From NCBI GenBank assembly GCA_035712285.1, contig DASTBA010000044.1:1954-65953 (forward strand): DNA of 64,000 nucleotides, written 5' to 3'. Numbering within the stretch: position 1 is the first letter of the stretch; the number at the start of each line of letters is the position of its first letter. A program made the translations under genes and the position numbers. This DNA is from Gemmatimonadales bacterium (GTDB taxonomy: Bacteria > Gemmatimonadota > Gemmatimonadetes > Gemmatimonadales > GWC2-71-9). Below the pieces are notes generated by a model that worked only from the letters and a program-made list of their open reading frames with translations, was not told the DNA's origin and made no database searches. Shown here one piece after another: positions 9,405 to 20,679 of the stretch.

Positions 9405-10087
9405 GCGAGGTGATCCTGGCCCTGGATGTGGCCACCGCCGAAAGCGCCGAGGCAATGCTGGACCGGATCCCCGAGGTGCGCTGGGTGAAGGTCGGCTCCA
9501 TCCTGATGACGCGGGAAGGCGGCGGGCTCGTGCGGCGGCTGGCCGCGCGAGGGCTCCGCGTCTTTCTCGATCTCAAGTGGCACGACATTCCGAATACCGT
9601 GGCCGGCGCGGTATCCCAGGCCCGCGACCTCGGCGCCGCCATGGCCACGGTACACGCCCTGGGTGGGCGGCGGATGCTGGAGGCGGCCGCGCGGGCGGCA
9701 GGGGACGGACTGCAACTCGTTGGCGTCACCGTGCTCACGTCGCACGATGCATCCGGCTATGCGGAACTGGCGGGGCGGGAGGCCGTCAGCCTGGACGACG
9801 AAGCACGGCGCCTTGCGGTGATGGCACGGCAGTGCGGACTGGCCGGCGTGGTCTGCTCCCCGGCGGAGACGGCCTTGCTGCGCCAGGCCCTCGGGCCTGA
9901 CGCGACGATCGTGGTACCGGGCATCCGGATGGGCACCGAGCGCACGGACGATCAGAAACGGGTCGCGACCCCGGCGGCCGCGGCGCGGGCCGGCGCGACC
10001 CATCTCGTGGTGGGGAGGCCGGTACTGGAGGCAGCGGATCCATACCAGGCATTCGCCGAGATCACCCGACAGGTTCTTGCACCGTAG
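9401..10087 (+). CDS. pyrF: Orotidine 5'-phosphate decarboxylase
   Basis: ILALDV...VKVG...FLDLKWHDIPNTV...VVGRP motifs. GTGA overlap with pyrD. Confidence 0.9.
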   Translation: MSEVILALDVATAESAEAMLDRIPEVRWVKVGSILMTREGGGLVRRLAARGLRVFLDLKWHDIPNTVAGAVSQARDLGAAMATVHALGGRRMLEAAARAAGDGLQLVGVTVLTSHDASGYAELAGREAVSLDDEARRLAVMARQCGLAGVVCSPAETALLRQALGPDATIVVPGIRMGTERTDDQKRVATPAAAARAGATHLVVGRPVLEAADPYQAFAEITRQVLAP

Positions 10088-10148
10088 TTGCCCTGATGCA
10101 TCACTCTGCACCGATTGACAAGACTGCGCCGCTGCCCATCTTGGGCTC

Positions 10149-10532
10149 ATGGTCACGTACGAATATGCACTCGATGCAGGTTACATCCTGATTCGTCGGG
10201 CCGGGGCGGACGCACCGGCCGAGATCGAAGTGCTGCTTCATGAACTGGCCCGCGACGCGATCCTGACCCCGGGCGCCCGGCTCCTCATCGATGTGCGGGA
10301 ATCTGCCCACCCCTGGACCGTCCGGCAGCTGGACGCCGTCGTGCCGGCTTTTCGCCTTCTGGCAGGGCGGGGTGTGAGCGCCATCGCCATTGTCGCGGAT
10401 GCCGACGTGGCGTACGGCATGGCTCGGATTCTTGCGGTGCACCTGGATACTCACGGTCTCGAGGCGCGCGTGTTCCGTGCGCTCGAGCCCGCCGAGCAAT
10501 GGCTGGAACAGACCGGAACCTCGAAGCCCTGA
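10149..10532 (+). CDS. Hypothetical protein, STAS/SpoIIAA-like pattern
   Basis: 127-aa ORF with an alternating beta/alpha pattern (LLIDVRES...IAIVADADVAYGMARIL...VFRALEPAEQWL). It visibly has more A/T-ending codons than its neighbours. Confidence 0.5.
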   Translation: MVTYEYALDAGYILIRRAGADAPAEIEVLLHELARDAILTPGARLLIDVRESAHPWTVRQLDAVVPAFRLLAGRGVSAIAIVADADVAYGMARILAVHLDTHGLEARVFRALEPAEQWLEQTGTSKP

Positions 10533-10996
10533 ACGGGCCGGCGCTCGACGTCACCTTTCAGGAGCGGCGCTGGCGATTCGTGGTGCGTCCCGCTCCTGGC
10601 ACGGCCCTCGGTGACGCCTGGCATCTCGAGGGGCCCGACGCGCAGTTCGTTCCCGCACGCCCCTATTTCGCCGACGAGCCCCGGGTCATTCTCGAGCAGC
10701 GTCTCCGCGACTGGCTGAGCGAATGGGTCTTCGTGAGCGCGGCGCGGATCATTCGCGTCGGCTCGGTGGTGTGGACGGTGCGCCGGGAACGGCGCCGGGT
10801 GCAGCCCCCCGGCACCCTGGTCGTTGTGCCGAGGTCGCCGCCGGTCGCTCGCATCGTGTTCGACAGCAGCGACGGCCGGCATGCCGCCCTGACGGCGCTG
10901 ATCGACGGCCTGAGCTTCGTGACCATGCCCGCCCGCCGGCTTCGGGAACTGATCCGGCTCGCCCTCCGCGCGGCACGGGGAAGCCGGCGCCCGTGA
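10499..10996 (+). CDS. Hypothetical protein
   Basis: 165-aa ORF with high GC3 and no motif I recognise. It overlaps the previous ORF by 34 nt, so its start is uncertain. Confidence 0.4.
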   Translation: MAGTDRNLEALNGPALDVTFQERRWRFVVRPAPGTALGDAWHLEGPDAQFVPARPYFADEPRVILEQRLRDWLSEWVFVSAARIIRVGSVVWTVRRERRRVQPPGTLVVVPRSPPVARIVFDSSDGRHAALTALIDGLSFVTMPARRLRELIRLALRAARGSRRP

Positions 10997-11036
10997 TCAC
11001 GCCGGCCCCACTCCCAGCAGTCCCAACCCCCATCCC

Positions 11037-11065
11037 TTGCACGACTTCCGTCCCGTGGGTATAAT
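11037..11065 (+). promoter_or_regulatory. Strong sigma70-type promoter of the rpmJ-rplQ (alpha) operon
   Basis: TTGCAC, a 17-nt spacer, then a perfect TATAAT (11060-11065), about 40 nt upstream of the rpmJ GTG. Confidence 0.6.
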
Positions 11066-11106
11066 GCAAAGCTAGTCCATAAACGGTCCACGGTCCGGGA
11101 GAGGGT

Positions 11107-11223
11107 GTGAAGGTTCGTTCCAGCGTCAAGCCGATCTGCGAGCACTGCCGCGTCATCAGGCGCGCCGGCGTCGTGCGCATCATCTGCAAGCGCAATCCCA
11201 AGCACAAGCAGCGGCAGGGCTGA
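11107..11223 (+). CDS. rpmJ: 50S ribosomal protein L36 (Zn-binding C3H form)
   Basis: Not in the ORF track because it is shorter than 60 aa. GTG start preceded by GGGAGAGGG. Translation: [38 protein letters not shown]. Confidence 0.9.
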   Translation: MKVRSSVKPICEHCRVIRRAGVVRIICKRNPKHKQRQG

Positions 11224-11226
11224 CCC

Positions 11227-11607
11227 ATGGCACGTATCGCGGGCGTGGATCTTCCGCGCGAGAAGCGCGTCGAGATCGCCCTTACCTACATCTTCGGCAT
11301 CGGCCGCCCCACCAGCACCCGGATCCTGACCGAGACCGGCGTCAATGCCGACACCCGCGTCCGGGACCTGTCGGATGCGGAAGTGGCGCGGCTCCGGCAG
11401 TACATCGAGCGCACCGTGAAGGTGGAAGGGGCGCTCCGCACCGAAGTCGCCATGAACGTCAAGCGCCTCATGGACATCGGCAGCTATCGCGGCATCCGGC
11501 ACCGCCGGGGCCTGCCGGTCCGCGGGCAGCGCACCCATACCAATGCCCGGACCAAGAAGGGGCCGCGGCGCGCCATCGCAGGCAAGAAGAAGGTGACGAA
11601 GAAGTAA
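11227..11607 (+). CDS. rpsM: 30S ribosomal protein S13
   Basis: [26 protein letters not shown]...[17 protein letters not shown]. Confidence 0.96.
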   Translation: MARIAGVDLPREKRVEIALTYIFGIGRPTSTRILTETGVNADTRVRDLSDAEVARLRQYIERTVKVEGALRTEVAMNVKRLMDIGSYRGIRHRRGLPVRGQRTHTNARTKKGPRRAIAGKKKVTKK

Positions 11608-11608
11608 T

Positions 11609-12007
11609 ATGACAGCACCAGCCAAGCCGACGACGGGCGGCAAGCGGGCCAAGCGCGTGGTCGAGAGCGAGGGTGTGGCCCACATCTCGGCGACGTTCAA
11701 CAACGTCCTGATCACCATCACCGACATGCGCGGCAACGCCCTGTCCTGGGGCACCGCCGGCAAGGCCGGGTTCAAGGGCTCCAAGAAGAGCACGCCGTTC
11801 GCCGCCACCGTGGCCGCCGAAAATTGCGCGCGCGAGGCGGTGAACATGGGCCTCCGCCGGGTGCATGTCCGGGTCCAGGGCCCGGGCAGCGGGCGGGAAT
11901 CCGCCATTCAGGCGCTGGCCTCCGCCGGCCTCAAGGTGCTGTCCATCCGTGACGTGACGCCGATCCCGCACAACGGCTGCCGTCCTCCCAAGAAGCGGCG
12001 GGTCTGA
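11609..12007 (+). CDS. rpsK: 30S ribosomal protein S11
   Basis: [22 protein letters not shown]...[13 protein letters not shown]...[19 protein letters not shown]. Confidence 0.96.
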   Translation: MTAPAKPTTGGKRAKRVVESEGVAHISATFNNVLITITDMRGNALSWGTAGKAGFKGSKKSTPFAATVAAENCAREAVNMGLRRVHVRVQGPGSGRESAIQALASAGLKVLSIRDVTPIPHNGCRPPKKRRV

Positions 12008-12010
12008 GCC

Positions 12011-12652
12011 ATGGCGCGCTACGTCGAAGCGAACTGCAAGCTCTGCCGCCGCGAGGGCGTCAAGCTCTTCCTCAAGGGCGCCAAGTGCCTCACCGAGAAG
12101 TGTCCGGTGGAGCGGCGGCCGTATCCGTCGGGCCAGCATGGGCAGGGTGGCGGCGGCGGCCGCGGCCGGAAGACGTCGGAGTACGCCAAGCAGCTGCGCG
12201 AGAAGCAGAAGGTCAAGCGGATCTACGGCCTCACCGAGCGCCAGTTCCGGAACACCTTCGATCGCGCCACGCTCCAGCCGGGCGTCAAGGGCACCAACCT
12301 GCTCCTGGCGCTGGAGACCCGGCTCGACAACATCGCCTACCGCCTGGGCCTTGCGCCGAGCCGGAAGGCAGCCCGCCAGCTCATCCGGCACGGCCACGTC
12401 GAGGTGAACGGGGCGCGCGTGAACGTACCGTCGTACCGGGTGGCGGTGGGACAGGAAGTGCGCGTGGCGCCGGCCAGCCGCGAAATGGTGAGTGTGAAGA
12501 TGGCGCAGGAGCTGGCCAGCCGCGGCCAGCCGGTGCGCTGGCTCTCGGTGGATTCGGACAATGCGGCTGGCCGTCTGTCGGAGCTCCCGACACGCGAGGC
12601 CATCCCCGTCAACGCCCAGGAACAGCTCATCGTCGAGCTGTACTCGAAGTGA
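12011..12652 (+). CDS. rpsD: 30S ribosomal protein S4 (with N-terminal Cys cluster)
   Basis: MARY..ANCKLCRREGVKLFLKG.KC...KC, followed by an S4 RNA-binding domain (RLDNIAYRLGLAPSRKAARQLIRHGHV.VNG). Confidence 0.96.
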   Translation: MARYVEANCKLCRREGVKLFLKGAKCLTEKCPVERRPYPSGQHGQGGGGGRGRKTSEYAKQLREKQKVKRIYGLTERQFRNTFDRATLQPGVKGTNLLLALETRLDNIAYRLGLAPSRKAARQLIRHGHVEVNGARVNVPSYRVAVGQEVRVAPASREMVSVKMAQELASRGQPVRWLSVDSDNAAGRLSELPTREAIPVNAQEQLIVELYSK

Positions 12653-12654
12653 CC

Positions 12655-13713
12655 ATGAACATTGACCTGACCGGACTGGTTCGCCCGCAGCTGGTCGAGA
12701 TGGCCAAGCGGGAAGACAATCCCAACGTGGCGGAGTTCCGCCTCCAGCCGCTCGAGCGAGGCTTCGGCCATACGCTGGGCAACGCCCTTCGGCGCATGCT
12801 GCTGTCGTCGCTGCGGGGCAGCGCCGTCTGGGGCTTCCGCATGGATGGCGTGGTGCATGAGCACGCCACGGTGCCGGGCGTCCTGGAGGACGTCCACCAG
12901 ATCGTGCAGCGGCTCAAGGCCCTGACCCTGGTGCTGGCGGAAGACGTGGACGAGGCGGAGCTGCACATCAAGCGCGCCAGTGCCGGCCCGGTTTACGCCC
13001 GGGACATCCAGCAGAGCGGCAAGGTGACGATCGTGAATCCCGATCACCTGCTCTTCACGGTGCAGGATGATCGCGAGATCAACATGGAGCTGCGGGTCAA
13101 CAAGGGGCGGGGCTACGTCGAGGCCGAGCTGCACCCGGCCGACCGCTCGCAGCCGGTGGACCTGATCCGCATCGACGCCATCTACAACCCGGTCCGCCGG
13201 GCCAACTTCACCGTCGCGGAGACGCGCGTCGGCCAGCGCACCGACTACGACCGCCTGGTGGTCTCGGTGGAAACCAACGGCACCATCTCGCCCGAGGATG
13301 CCATCGCCTACGCCGCGGCGCTGGCGCAGGAACACTTCCGCCACTTCGTCGAGTTCGGCCGGGTGCCGGAGGGACGGCCGGAGGCGGCCGCCACGGACGG
13401 CAGCGAGCTGTCGCTGGGCGCCCGGCTCGAGCAGCCGATTGACGATCTCGGGCTCACGGTGCGCACGCTCAATTCGCTCAAGAACAACGGCCTCCGCTCC
13501 CTGCGTGACCTGGCCGGCTCCACCGCCGAGGATCTCGACAAGGTCCGCAACGTGGGCGGCAAGGCGGTCCGCGAGATCGCCGATCTCCTGCACAAGCAGG
13601 GGCTCAACTTCGGCATGACCTTCGAGGATGCCGATGGCGAGATCCGGATCGTGAACGAGGGCCAGACGCCGGAATCGGTGCTGGCGGCGCTCCAGGAAGG
13701 GGAAGGGGAGTAA
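12655..13713 (+). CDS. rpoA: DNA-directed RNA polymerase alpha subunit
   Basis: FRLQPLERGFGHTLGNALRRMLLSS. The C-terminal domain has LGLTVRTLNSLKNNGLRSLRDL. The track ORF 12085..13713 is an over-extension. Confidence 0.96.
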   Translation: MNIDLTGLVRPQLVEMAKREDNPNVAEFRLQPLERGFGHTLGNALRRMLLSSLRGSAVWGFRMDGVVHEHATVPGVLEDVHQIVQRLKALTLVLAEDVDEAELHIKRASAGPVYARDIQQSGKVTIVNPDHLLFTVQDDREINMELRVNKGRGYVEAELHPADRSQPVDLIRIDAIYNPVRRANFTVAETRVGQRTDYDRLVVSVETNGTISPEDAIAYAAALAQEHFRHFVEFGRVPEGRPEAAATDGSELSLGARLEQPIDDLGLTVRTLNSLKNNGLRSLRDLAGSTAEDLDKVRNVGGKAVREIADLLHKQGLNFGMTFEDADGEIRIVNEGQTPESVLAALQEGEGE

Positions 13714-14069
13714 TGCGCCACCGCGCCAAGGGACGGCAGCTCTCGCGCACGTCCACCCACCGGCGGGCGTTGCTCAACAACATGGCCACGAGCCTGTTCG
13801 AGCACGGTCGCGTCATCACGACCGAGGCGAAGGCCAAGGAACTGCGGCCGTTCGCGGAAAAGCTGATCACTCTCGCGCGGCGGGGTGATCTCCACGCCAT
13901 GCGCCTGGTGGAGCGGAAGATCAAGGACCGCGCGGTGCGGGAGCGGCTCTTCAAGGAGATCGGCCCGCGGTTCGCTTCCCGGCCGGGCGGCTACACCCGC
14001 ATCCTCAAGCTGGGGCACCGCCCGGGCGACGGGGCTGACGTGGCCCGCATCGAACTGCTGGCGGAGTAG
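13713..14069 (+). CDS. rplQ: 50S ribosomal protein L17
   Basis: MRHRAKGRQLSRTSTHRRALLNNMATSLFEHGRVITTEAKAKELR. The ATG shares 1 nt with the rpoA TAA stop. Confidence 0.96.
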   Translation: MRHRAKGRQLSRTSTHRRALLNNMATSLFEHGRVITTEAKAKELRPFAEKLITLARRGDLHAMRLVERKIKDRAVRERLFKEIGPRFASRPGGYTRILKLGHRPGDGADVARIELLAE

Positions 14070-14112
14070 GACCGCCCCGCGTGCCTCTGGTCCGGAGCAG
14101 CCTGGAAAGTCG

Positions 14113-14139
14113 AAAGGGGACCCGAGGGTCCCCTTTTTT
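14113..14139. terminator. Bidirectional intrinsic terminator between convergent rplQ and rpmB
   Basis: AAA GGGGACC cgag GGTCCCC TTTTTT: a 7-bp GC stem and 4-nt loop, with an A-tract 5' and a T6 tract 3'. Confidence 0.8.
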
Positions 14140-14164
14140 CTGGCCGGTCGCGGACAGGCCGCGG

Positions 14165-14356
14165 TCAGACCGCCTTGCGAATCCGGTTGCTCTTGATGCA
14201 GCGGGTGCAGACCTGGACTCGCCGGGGCGCGCCATCCACCAGCACCCGCACGGTCTGGAGATTCGGATACCAGCGCCGCTTGGTGCGGTTGTTCGCGTGG
14301 CTGACATTGTTGCCGGTGGCCGGTCCCTTGGCGCAGACAGAACAAACGCGTGCCAT
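14165..14356 (-). CDS. rpmB: 50S ribosomal protein L28 (Cys-containing form)
   Basis: [33 protein letters not shown]...VCTRC. The track ORF extends 3 codons further, to a GTG at 14365. Confidence 0.9.
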   Translation of the reverse strand: MARVCSVCAKGPATGNNVSHANNRTKRRWYPNLQTVRVLVDGAPRRVQVCTRCIKSNRIRKAV

Positions 14357-14404
14357 GGCTTTCACTCTGCTGAATGGTTCAATCCCGATCCTGCCAAGCC
14401 ATGA

Positions 14405-15418
<1,014 letters not shown>

Positions 15419-15422
15419 GCCG

Positions 15423-16376
15423 ATGCGCGTTCTCGTCACCGGGGCAGACGGATTCGCGGGACGGTACCTCGTGCGGAGCCTGGTGGCCGGCGGCCACCGG
15501 GTGACGGCGGCGGTACGGCCTGGCGGTGAGCCGGCCAGCCGGTGGCTCACGCGCAGTGAGGCAGAGCAGGTGACGGAGGCCGAATTGCAGCTTGAATCGG
15601 CCGAGTCGGGCGCAGCGCTGGTCAGCCAGCCGCACGACGCGGTGGTGCACCTTGCCGCCGTGGCCTCGGGTGCCGAGGCGCGGCAGGATCCGGGACACGC
15701 GTGGGTGGTGAACGCCGCGGGCACGGCCCGGCTTCTGGAGGGGCTCGGGCAGCGCCGGGTGGCCGGGACCGCAGATCCGCTCGTGCTGCTGGTCTCGACC
15801 GGCGAGGTCTATGGCGCCGGCTCGGGACGGCCACGGCTCGAGACCGATGCGGTGCTCCCGGTGTCGCCCTATGCGGCGAGCAAGGCGGGCGCCGAGGTCG
15901 CCGCCGCGGAAGTTGCCCGGCGAACGGGGCTTCGCGTGATCGTTGCGCGCGCCTTCCAGCACACCGGGCCCGGACAGGCGCCGATCTATGTGGTACCGGC
16001 GCTGGCCCGTCGCCTGGCGGAGGCACGTGCCAGCGGCGCCAACCGCGTGCCGGTTGGCAATCTTGCCCCGGTGCGGGACATCAGCGACGTGCGGGACGTC
16101 GTGGCGGCGTACATCGCCCTGCTGGCGCGTGGCGTGCCCGGGGCGGTCTACAACGTGTGCCGTGGCGAGGGACTGTCGCTCGCCGAGCTCTTCCGCAAGC
16201 TTTCGGCAATCATCGGGGTGGACGCGGAGCCGGAGACGGATCCGGCGCTCACCCGCCGTGCCGACATCGTTCACCTGGTGGGTGACAACTCCCGGCTCCG
16301 GGCCGACACCGGGTGGGCCCCGGCGCTGAGTCTGGACCAGACCCTTCGAGACGTCGTGGATGCCCAAGCGCACTGA
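15423..16376 (+). CDS. GDP-4-dehydro-6-deoxy-D-mannose reductase-like SDR (Rmd-like)
   Basis: [14 protein letters not shown] Rossmann loop and [11 protein letters not shown] (YxxxK). It sits directly after gmd. It looks closer to Rmd than to Fcl by eye, but this is not resolved. The 3' end overlaps carB by 17 nt. Confidence 0.65.
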   Translation: MRVLVTGADGFAGRYLVRSLVAGGHRVTAAVRPGGEPASRWLTRSEAEQVTEAELQLESAESGAALVSQPHDAVVHLAAVASGAEARQDPGHAWVVNAAGTARLLEGLGQRRVAGTADPLVLLVSTGEVYGAGSGRPRLETDAVLPVSPYAASKAGAEVAAAEVARRTGLRVIVARAFQHTGPGQAPIYVVPALARRLAEARASGANRVPVGNLAPVRDISDVRDVVAAYIALLARGVPGAVYNVCRGEGLSLAELFRKLSAIIGVDAEPETDPALTRRADIVHLVGDNSRLRADTGWAPALSLDQTLRDVVDAQAH

Positions 16377-19300
16377 CCTGAAGAGCATTCTCCTGATCGG
16401 CTCCGGCCCCATCGTGATCGGGCAGGGCGCCGAATTCGATTATTCCGGCACCCAGGCGGTGCGGGCCCTCAAGGAAGAGGGCTACCGCGTGATCCTGGTG
16501 AATTCGAATCCGGCCACGATCATGACCGACCCCGAACTGGCGGACCGGACCTACATCGAGCCGGTGACGCCCGAGTGGGTGGCCAAGGTGATCGAGCGGG
16601 AGCGCCCGGACGCCCTGCTGCCCACCATGGGCGGCCAGACGGCGCTCAACTGCGCCATGGCGCTGCACCAGGACGGGGTGCTGGAGCGGTTCGGCGTCGA
16701 GCTCATCGGCGCCAACGAACGGGCCATCCGGATCGGCGAGGATCGGGACGAATTCGCGGCCGCCATGCGGCGCATCGGCCTCGCGACGCCGGAAGGCCGG
16801 ACGGTGCGGAGCGTCGAAGAGGCGCGCGAGGCCGTCGCGGCCACCGGGTATCCGGCCATCATCCGGCCCTCGTTCACGCTGGGCGGTTCCGGCGGCGGGA
16901 TCGCGTACAACCCCGACGAATTCGAGACCATGGTGCGGCGGGGGCTGGATCTCTCCCCCGTGGGTTCCGTGCTGATCGAGCGCAGCATCATCGGCTGGAA
17001 GGAATACGAGCTGGAGGTGATGCGGGACGGCCGGGACAACGTCGTGATCGTCTGCTCGATCGAGAACCTGGACCCGATGGGCGTGCACACCGGGGACTCG
17101 ATCACGGTGGCGCCGGCGATGACGCTCTCGGACCGGGAGTACCAGCGGATGCGGGACGCGTCCATCGCGATCATCCGCGAGGTGGGCGTGGCCGCCGGCG
17201 GCTGCAACATCCAGTTCGCCGTGAATCCGGCCGACGGAGAGCAGCTGGTCATCGAAATGAACCCGCGGGTCTCGCGCAGCAGCGCCCTGGCGTCCAAGGC
17301 CACCGGCTTTCCCATCGCGCGCATCGGCGCCAAGGTGGCCGTGGGCTATACGCTGGACGAGCTCCCCAATGACATCACGCGCACCACGCCGGCCTCGTTC
17401 GAGCCGGTGCTGGACTACGTGGTGGTGAAGGTGCCCCGGTTCAACTTCGAGAAGTTCCCCGCGGCGGACCCGTCACTCACCACGCAGATGAAGGCGGTGG
17501 GCGAGGTGATGGCCATCGGCCGCACGTTCAAGGAGGCGTTCCAGAAGGCGCTGCGCGGACTGGAGACCGACCGTCCGGGCTGGAGCGCCGCCGGCCTGCC
17601 CGGTGACGACCGCCTCACCGACGACAGCCGCGAGGCGGTGCTTGCGGCAATCCGGAAGCCCACGCCGGAGCGGATCTTCCAGCTCAAGCGGGCGTTCGAT
17701 CTCGGCGTGCCGGTGACCGAGATCGCCGAGCGCACCGGGATCGATCCCTGGTTCCTGTACCAGATGCAGGAACTGGTGGAGGCGGAGCGCGCCTGGCGGT
17801 CCGCGTCATCGGTGGACGATCCGGCGCTCGTCCGCCGCATGAAGCGCATGGGCTTCTCCGATCGCCAGCTTGCGATGCTCCGCGGCGAGACCGAGGGCCA
17901 GGCACGCGAGCGCCGGCACCGCCTCGGGGTGCGGCCCGCCTACAAGACGGTGGATACCTGCGCCGGCGAGTTCCCCTCGGCCACACCATATCTCTACTCC
18001 TCCTACGACGAGGAGAACGAATCGGCACCGGCCGGCGACCGCACCGTGGTGATCCTCGGCTCGGGGCCGAACCGGATCGGGCAGGGGGTGGAGTTCGACT
18101 ACTGCTGCGTGCGCGCCGCCCTCGCCTTCCGCGAGATGGGCTACCGCACCGTGATGGTGAATTCCAATCCCGAGACCGTCTCCACCGATTTCGACATCTC
18201 GGATGTGCTGTACTTCGAGCCGCTGACCCTTGAGGACGTGCTCGAGGTCGTGCAGCTGGAGCAGCCGCTCGGGGTGGTGGTGCAACTGGGCGGCCAGACC
18301 CCGCTCCGGCTGGCGCGCGGGCTCGAGGCGGCCGGCGTGAAGATTCTCGGTACCTCACCCGAGGCCATCGACATCGCCGAGGACCGGGGCCGCTTCGAGA
18401 AGGTGGCCCGGGAGCTCGGCGTCGCGCAGCCGCCGGCCGGGATCGCCTTTTCGGTGGAGGAAGCGACGAAGGTGGCGGAGCGGGTGGGCTTCCCGGTGCT
18501 GGTCCGGCCCTCCTACGTGCTGGGCGGGCGCGCCATGGAGATCGTCTACGACACGGCCTCGCTCAGCGACTACTTCCAGCGGGCGGCGCGGGTGGCGCCG
18601 GAGCATCCGGTGCTGATCGACCGCTTCCTCGAGGACGCGTTCGAGGCCGATGTGGACGCCATCAGCGACGGCGCCCGCTGCGTGATCGGCGGCGTGATGC
18701 AGCACATCGAGGATGCCGGCGTCCACTCGGGCGATTCCGCCTGCGTGCTGCCGCCGTACCTCCTCACCGAGGCGCAGGTGGCCGAGATGCGGGAGCACAC
18801 CCGCGCCTTCGCGCTGAAGCTGGGAGTCGTGGGCCTGCTCAACGTGCAGTACGCCATCAAGGACGGCACCGTCTACGTGCTGGAGGTGAATCCCCGGGCC
18901 TCGCGCACGGTGCCGTTCGTCTCCAAGACGACCGGTGTGCCGCTCGCCAGCCTCGCGGCCGCGGTGGCGGTGGGCCGGACGCTGGACGATCTGGGGCTCT
19001 CGGACGATGTGATCCAGCCATACGTCGCCGTGAAGGAGGCGGTGTTCCCGTTCAACAAGTTCCAGGGCGTGGACCTGGTGCTGGGTCCCGAAATGCGCTC
19101 CACCGGCGAAGTCATGGGCATCGCCGACTCGTTCGGGATGGCATTCGCCAAGGCCCAGGCCAGCGCCGACGGTGCGCTCCCGCTCTCCGGCAGCGTCTTC
19201 ATCACGGTGAACGATCACGACAAGGACACCGTGGTTCCCATTGCGCGGCGCTTCCACGGGCTGGGCTTCCGGGTCTTTGCCACCGAGGGTACGGCGCGGC

Positions 19301-19614
19301 ACCTGCGCCACCGCGGTATCCCGGCCCAGCGGGTGCTCAAGGTGCACGAGGGCCGGCCCAACGCGATCGACCTCCTGCTGTCGGGCGAAATCCAGTTGCT
19401 CGTCAACACGCCGCTTGGCAAGCTGACCCAGCAGGATGACTACGCCATCCGGCGGGCGGCGCTGCAGCACCGGGTGCCCTACACGACGACCCTGTCCGCC
19501 GCCTCGGCGGCGTGCGATGCGATCATCGCCCTGCGGAGCCGTGCCGGCGAGGTACGCTCGGTGCAGGAGTGGCACGAACTCGCACGGGAAATGTCCGCCG
19601 AATGGGCCGGATGA
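16360..19614 (+). CDS. carB: Carbamoyl-phosphate synthase large subunit
   Basis: The 1084-aa protein starts with the canonical [33 protein letters not shown]. It has duplicated ATP-grasp halves and a C-terminal MGS-like domain. Confidence 0.97.
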   Translation: MPKRTDLKSILLIGSGPIVIGQGAEFDYSGTQAVRALKEEGYRVILVNSNPATIMTDPELADRTYIEPVTPEWVAKVIERERPDALLPTMGGQTALNCAMALHQDGVLERFGVELIGANERAIRIGEDRDEFAAAMRRIGLATPEGRTVRSVEEAREAVAATGYPAIIRPSFTLGGSGGGIAYNPDEFETMVRRGLDLSPVGSVLIERSIIGWKEYELEVMRDGRDNVVIVCSIENLDPMGVHTGDSITVAPAMTLSDREYQRMRDASIAIIREVGVAAGGCNIQFAVNPADGEQLVIEMNPRVSRSSALASKATGFPIARIGAKVAVGYTLDELPNDITRTTPASFEPVLDYVVVKVPRFNFEKFPAADPSLTTQMKAVGEVMAIGRTFKEAFQKALRGLETDRPGWSAAGLPGDDRLTDDSREAVLAAIRKPTPERIFQLKRAFDLGVPVTEIAERTGIDPWFLYQMQELVEAERAWRSASSVDDPALVRRMKRMGFSDRQLAMLRGETEGQARERRHRLGVRPAYKTVDTCAGEFPSATPYLYSSYDEENESAPAGDRTVVILGSGPNRIGQGVEFDYCCVRAALAFREMGYRTVMVNSNPETVSTDFDISDVLYFEPLTLEDVLEVVQLEQPLGVVVQLGGQTPLRLARGLEAAGVKILGTSPEAIDIAEDRGRFEKVARELGVAQPPAGIAFSVEEATKVAERVGFPVLVRPSYVLGGRAMEIVYDTASLSDYFQRAARVAPEHPVLIDRFLEDAFEADVDAISDGARCVIGGVMQHIEDAGVHSGDSACVLPPYLLTEAQVAEMREHTRAFALKLGVVGLLNVQYAIKDGTVYVLEVNPRASRTVPFVSKTTGVPLASLAAAVAVGRTLDDLGLSDDVIQPYVAVKEAVFPFNKFQGVDLVLGPEMRSTGEVMGIADSFGMAFAKAQASADGALPLSGSVFITVNDHDKDTVVPIARRFHGLGFRVFATEGTARHLRHRGIPAQRVLKVHEGRPNAIDLLLSGEIQLLVNTPLGKLTQQDDYAIRRAALQHRVPYTTTLSAASAACDAIIALRSRAGEVRSVQEWHELAREMSAEWAG

Positions 19615-19976
19615 CGCGCGCTGGCACCGTGACCGCGGTCGTGGTGACGCTGCTGCTGCGGGCGGCGCCCGCCGGCGCGCAAGGGTCCCGATACGGGATC
19701 GGCAGCGAGCGGGCCGCGGTCCGGCCCGGCCCGGTGACGACCTTTGCGGTGAACGGTGTCGGCTCGGCCATCGGCCGGGAGCGCACGCTCTGGTTTGCCC
19801 TCGGCGGCGCGGCCCTCGGCGCCGTGGCTTGTACGGCCATCTCGAACTACGTGAAGGATTCCGGTAGCGGATTCACCACCTGTACTGCCAGCGGATACGC
19901 CGCTTTCGTGGCCGGCGGCGCGCTCACCGGCGTCGTCGTGGCCCTGCTGACCGACCATCCGGCGTCGGGATCATGA
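19611..19976 (+). CDS. Small secreted/membrane protein, Gly/Ala-rich, unknown function
   Basis: The ATG in an ATGA overlap with the carB stop gives the signal peptide [25 protein letters not shown]. Two Gly-zipper-like hydrophobic segments follow. Confidence 0.5.
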   Translation: MTRAGTVTAVVVTLLLRAAPAGAQGSRYGIGSERAAVRPGPVTTFAVNGVGSAIGRERTLWFALGGAALGAVACTAISNYVKDSGSGFTTCTASGYAAFVAGGALTGVVVALLTDHPASGS

Positions 19977-20593
19977 CGGACTCACCCCGAGAGGCACCGG
20001 TGCCTGGCGACTACTTCGTGCATGAGTCCAGCTTTGTGGATGCGGGGGCCCGGATCGGCACCGGCACGAAGATCTGGCATTTCTGCCACGTCATGCCGGG
20101 CGCCGTCATCGGCTCCGGTTGCAGCCTGGGCCAGAACGTCGTCGTCATGAACGGCACCCGGATCGGCAACAATGTGAAGATCCAGAACAACGTCTCCATC
20201 TACGAGGGCGTGGAGCTGGACGACGACGTCTTCTGCGGACCGAGCTGCGTGTTCACGAACGTCCTCAATCCCCGCAGCCATGTCTCGCGCAAGCATGAGT
20301 ACTGGCCCACGCGGGTTGGCCGGGGAGCCACCATCGGCGCCAACGCGACGGTCGTCTGTGGCGCCACGCTCGGTGAGTACTGCTTTGTGGGGGCCGGCGC
20401 CGTGGTCACCGCCGATGTCCCGCCGTTCGCGCTGGTGGTAGGGGTGCCGGCTCACCAGGTGGGCTGGGTGTGCCGCTGTGGCGAGCGGCTGGCGGTGGCG
20501 GCCGGGGCGGCCCAGTGCCCGGCCTGCGGCACCCGGTACCGGGAAGCCGCCGGGGGGCTTTCCATCGTTGACCCTGAGGTCCGATCCCGATAA
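19973..20593 (+). CDS. Left-handed beta-helix N-acetyltransferase, WbpD/WlbB-like, with C-terminal CxC..CxxC ribbon
   Basis: Hexapeptide repeats ([46 protein letters not shown]) and a C-terminal [10 protein letters not shown]...CPACG. Confidence 0.8.
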   Translation: MTDSPREAPVPGDYFVHESSFVDAGARIGTGTKIWHFCHVMPGAVIGSGCSLGQNVVVMNGTRIGNNVKIQNNVSIYEGVELDDDVFCGPSCVFTNVLNPRSHVSRKHEYWPTRVGRGATIGANATVVCGATLGEYCFVGAGAVVTADVPPFALVVGVPAHQVGWVCRCGERLAVAAGAAQCPACGTRYREAAGGLSIVDPEVRSR

Positions 20594-20679
20594 TTTGCAA
20601 GGCTTTAGCAGAGTTGACCGGCGCGTCCGGGCTTGCCGAATCGGCTGGTGCTGGCGCGCTTTTCATTCGCGGGGACTTC

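Noticed and set aside
10115-10143. A perfect TTGACA hexamer 29 nt upstream of the ATG of the first orphan ORF.
   Set aside because: No acceptable -10 hexamer lies at 16-19 nt spacing (the best candidate is CATCTT). It would imply a leaderless mRNA, which I cannot support from sequence alone.
14378-14397. TTGGCAGGATCGGGATTGAA on the minus strand upstream of rpmB, which resembles a sigma54 -24/-12 element.
   Set aside because: The -12 position has GA rather than the conserved GC at the required GG-N10-GC spacing. A sigma70-like TTGCGC-17-TAGGAT nearby explains the region better.
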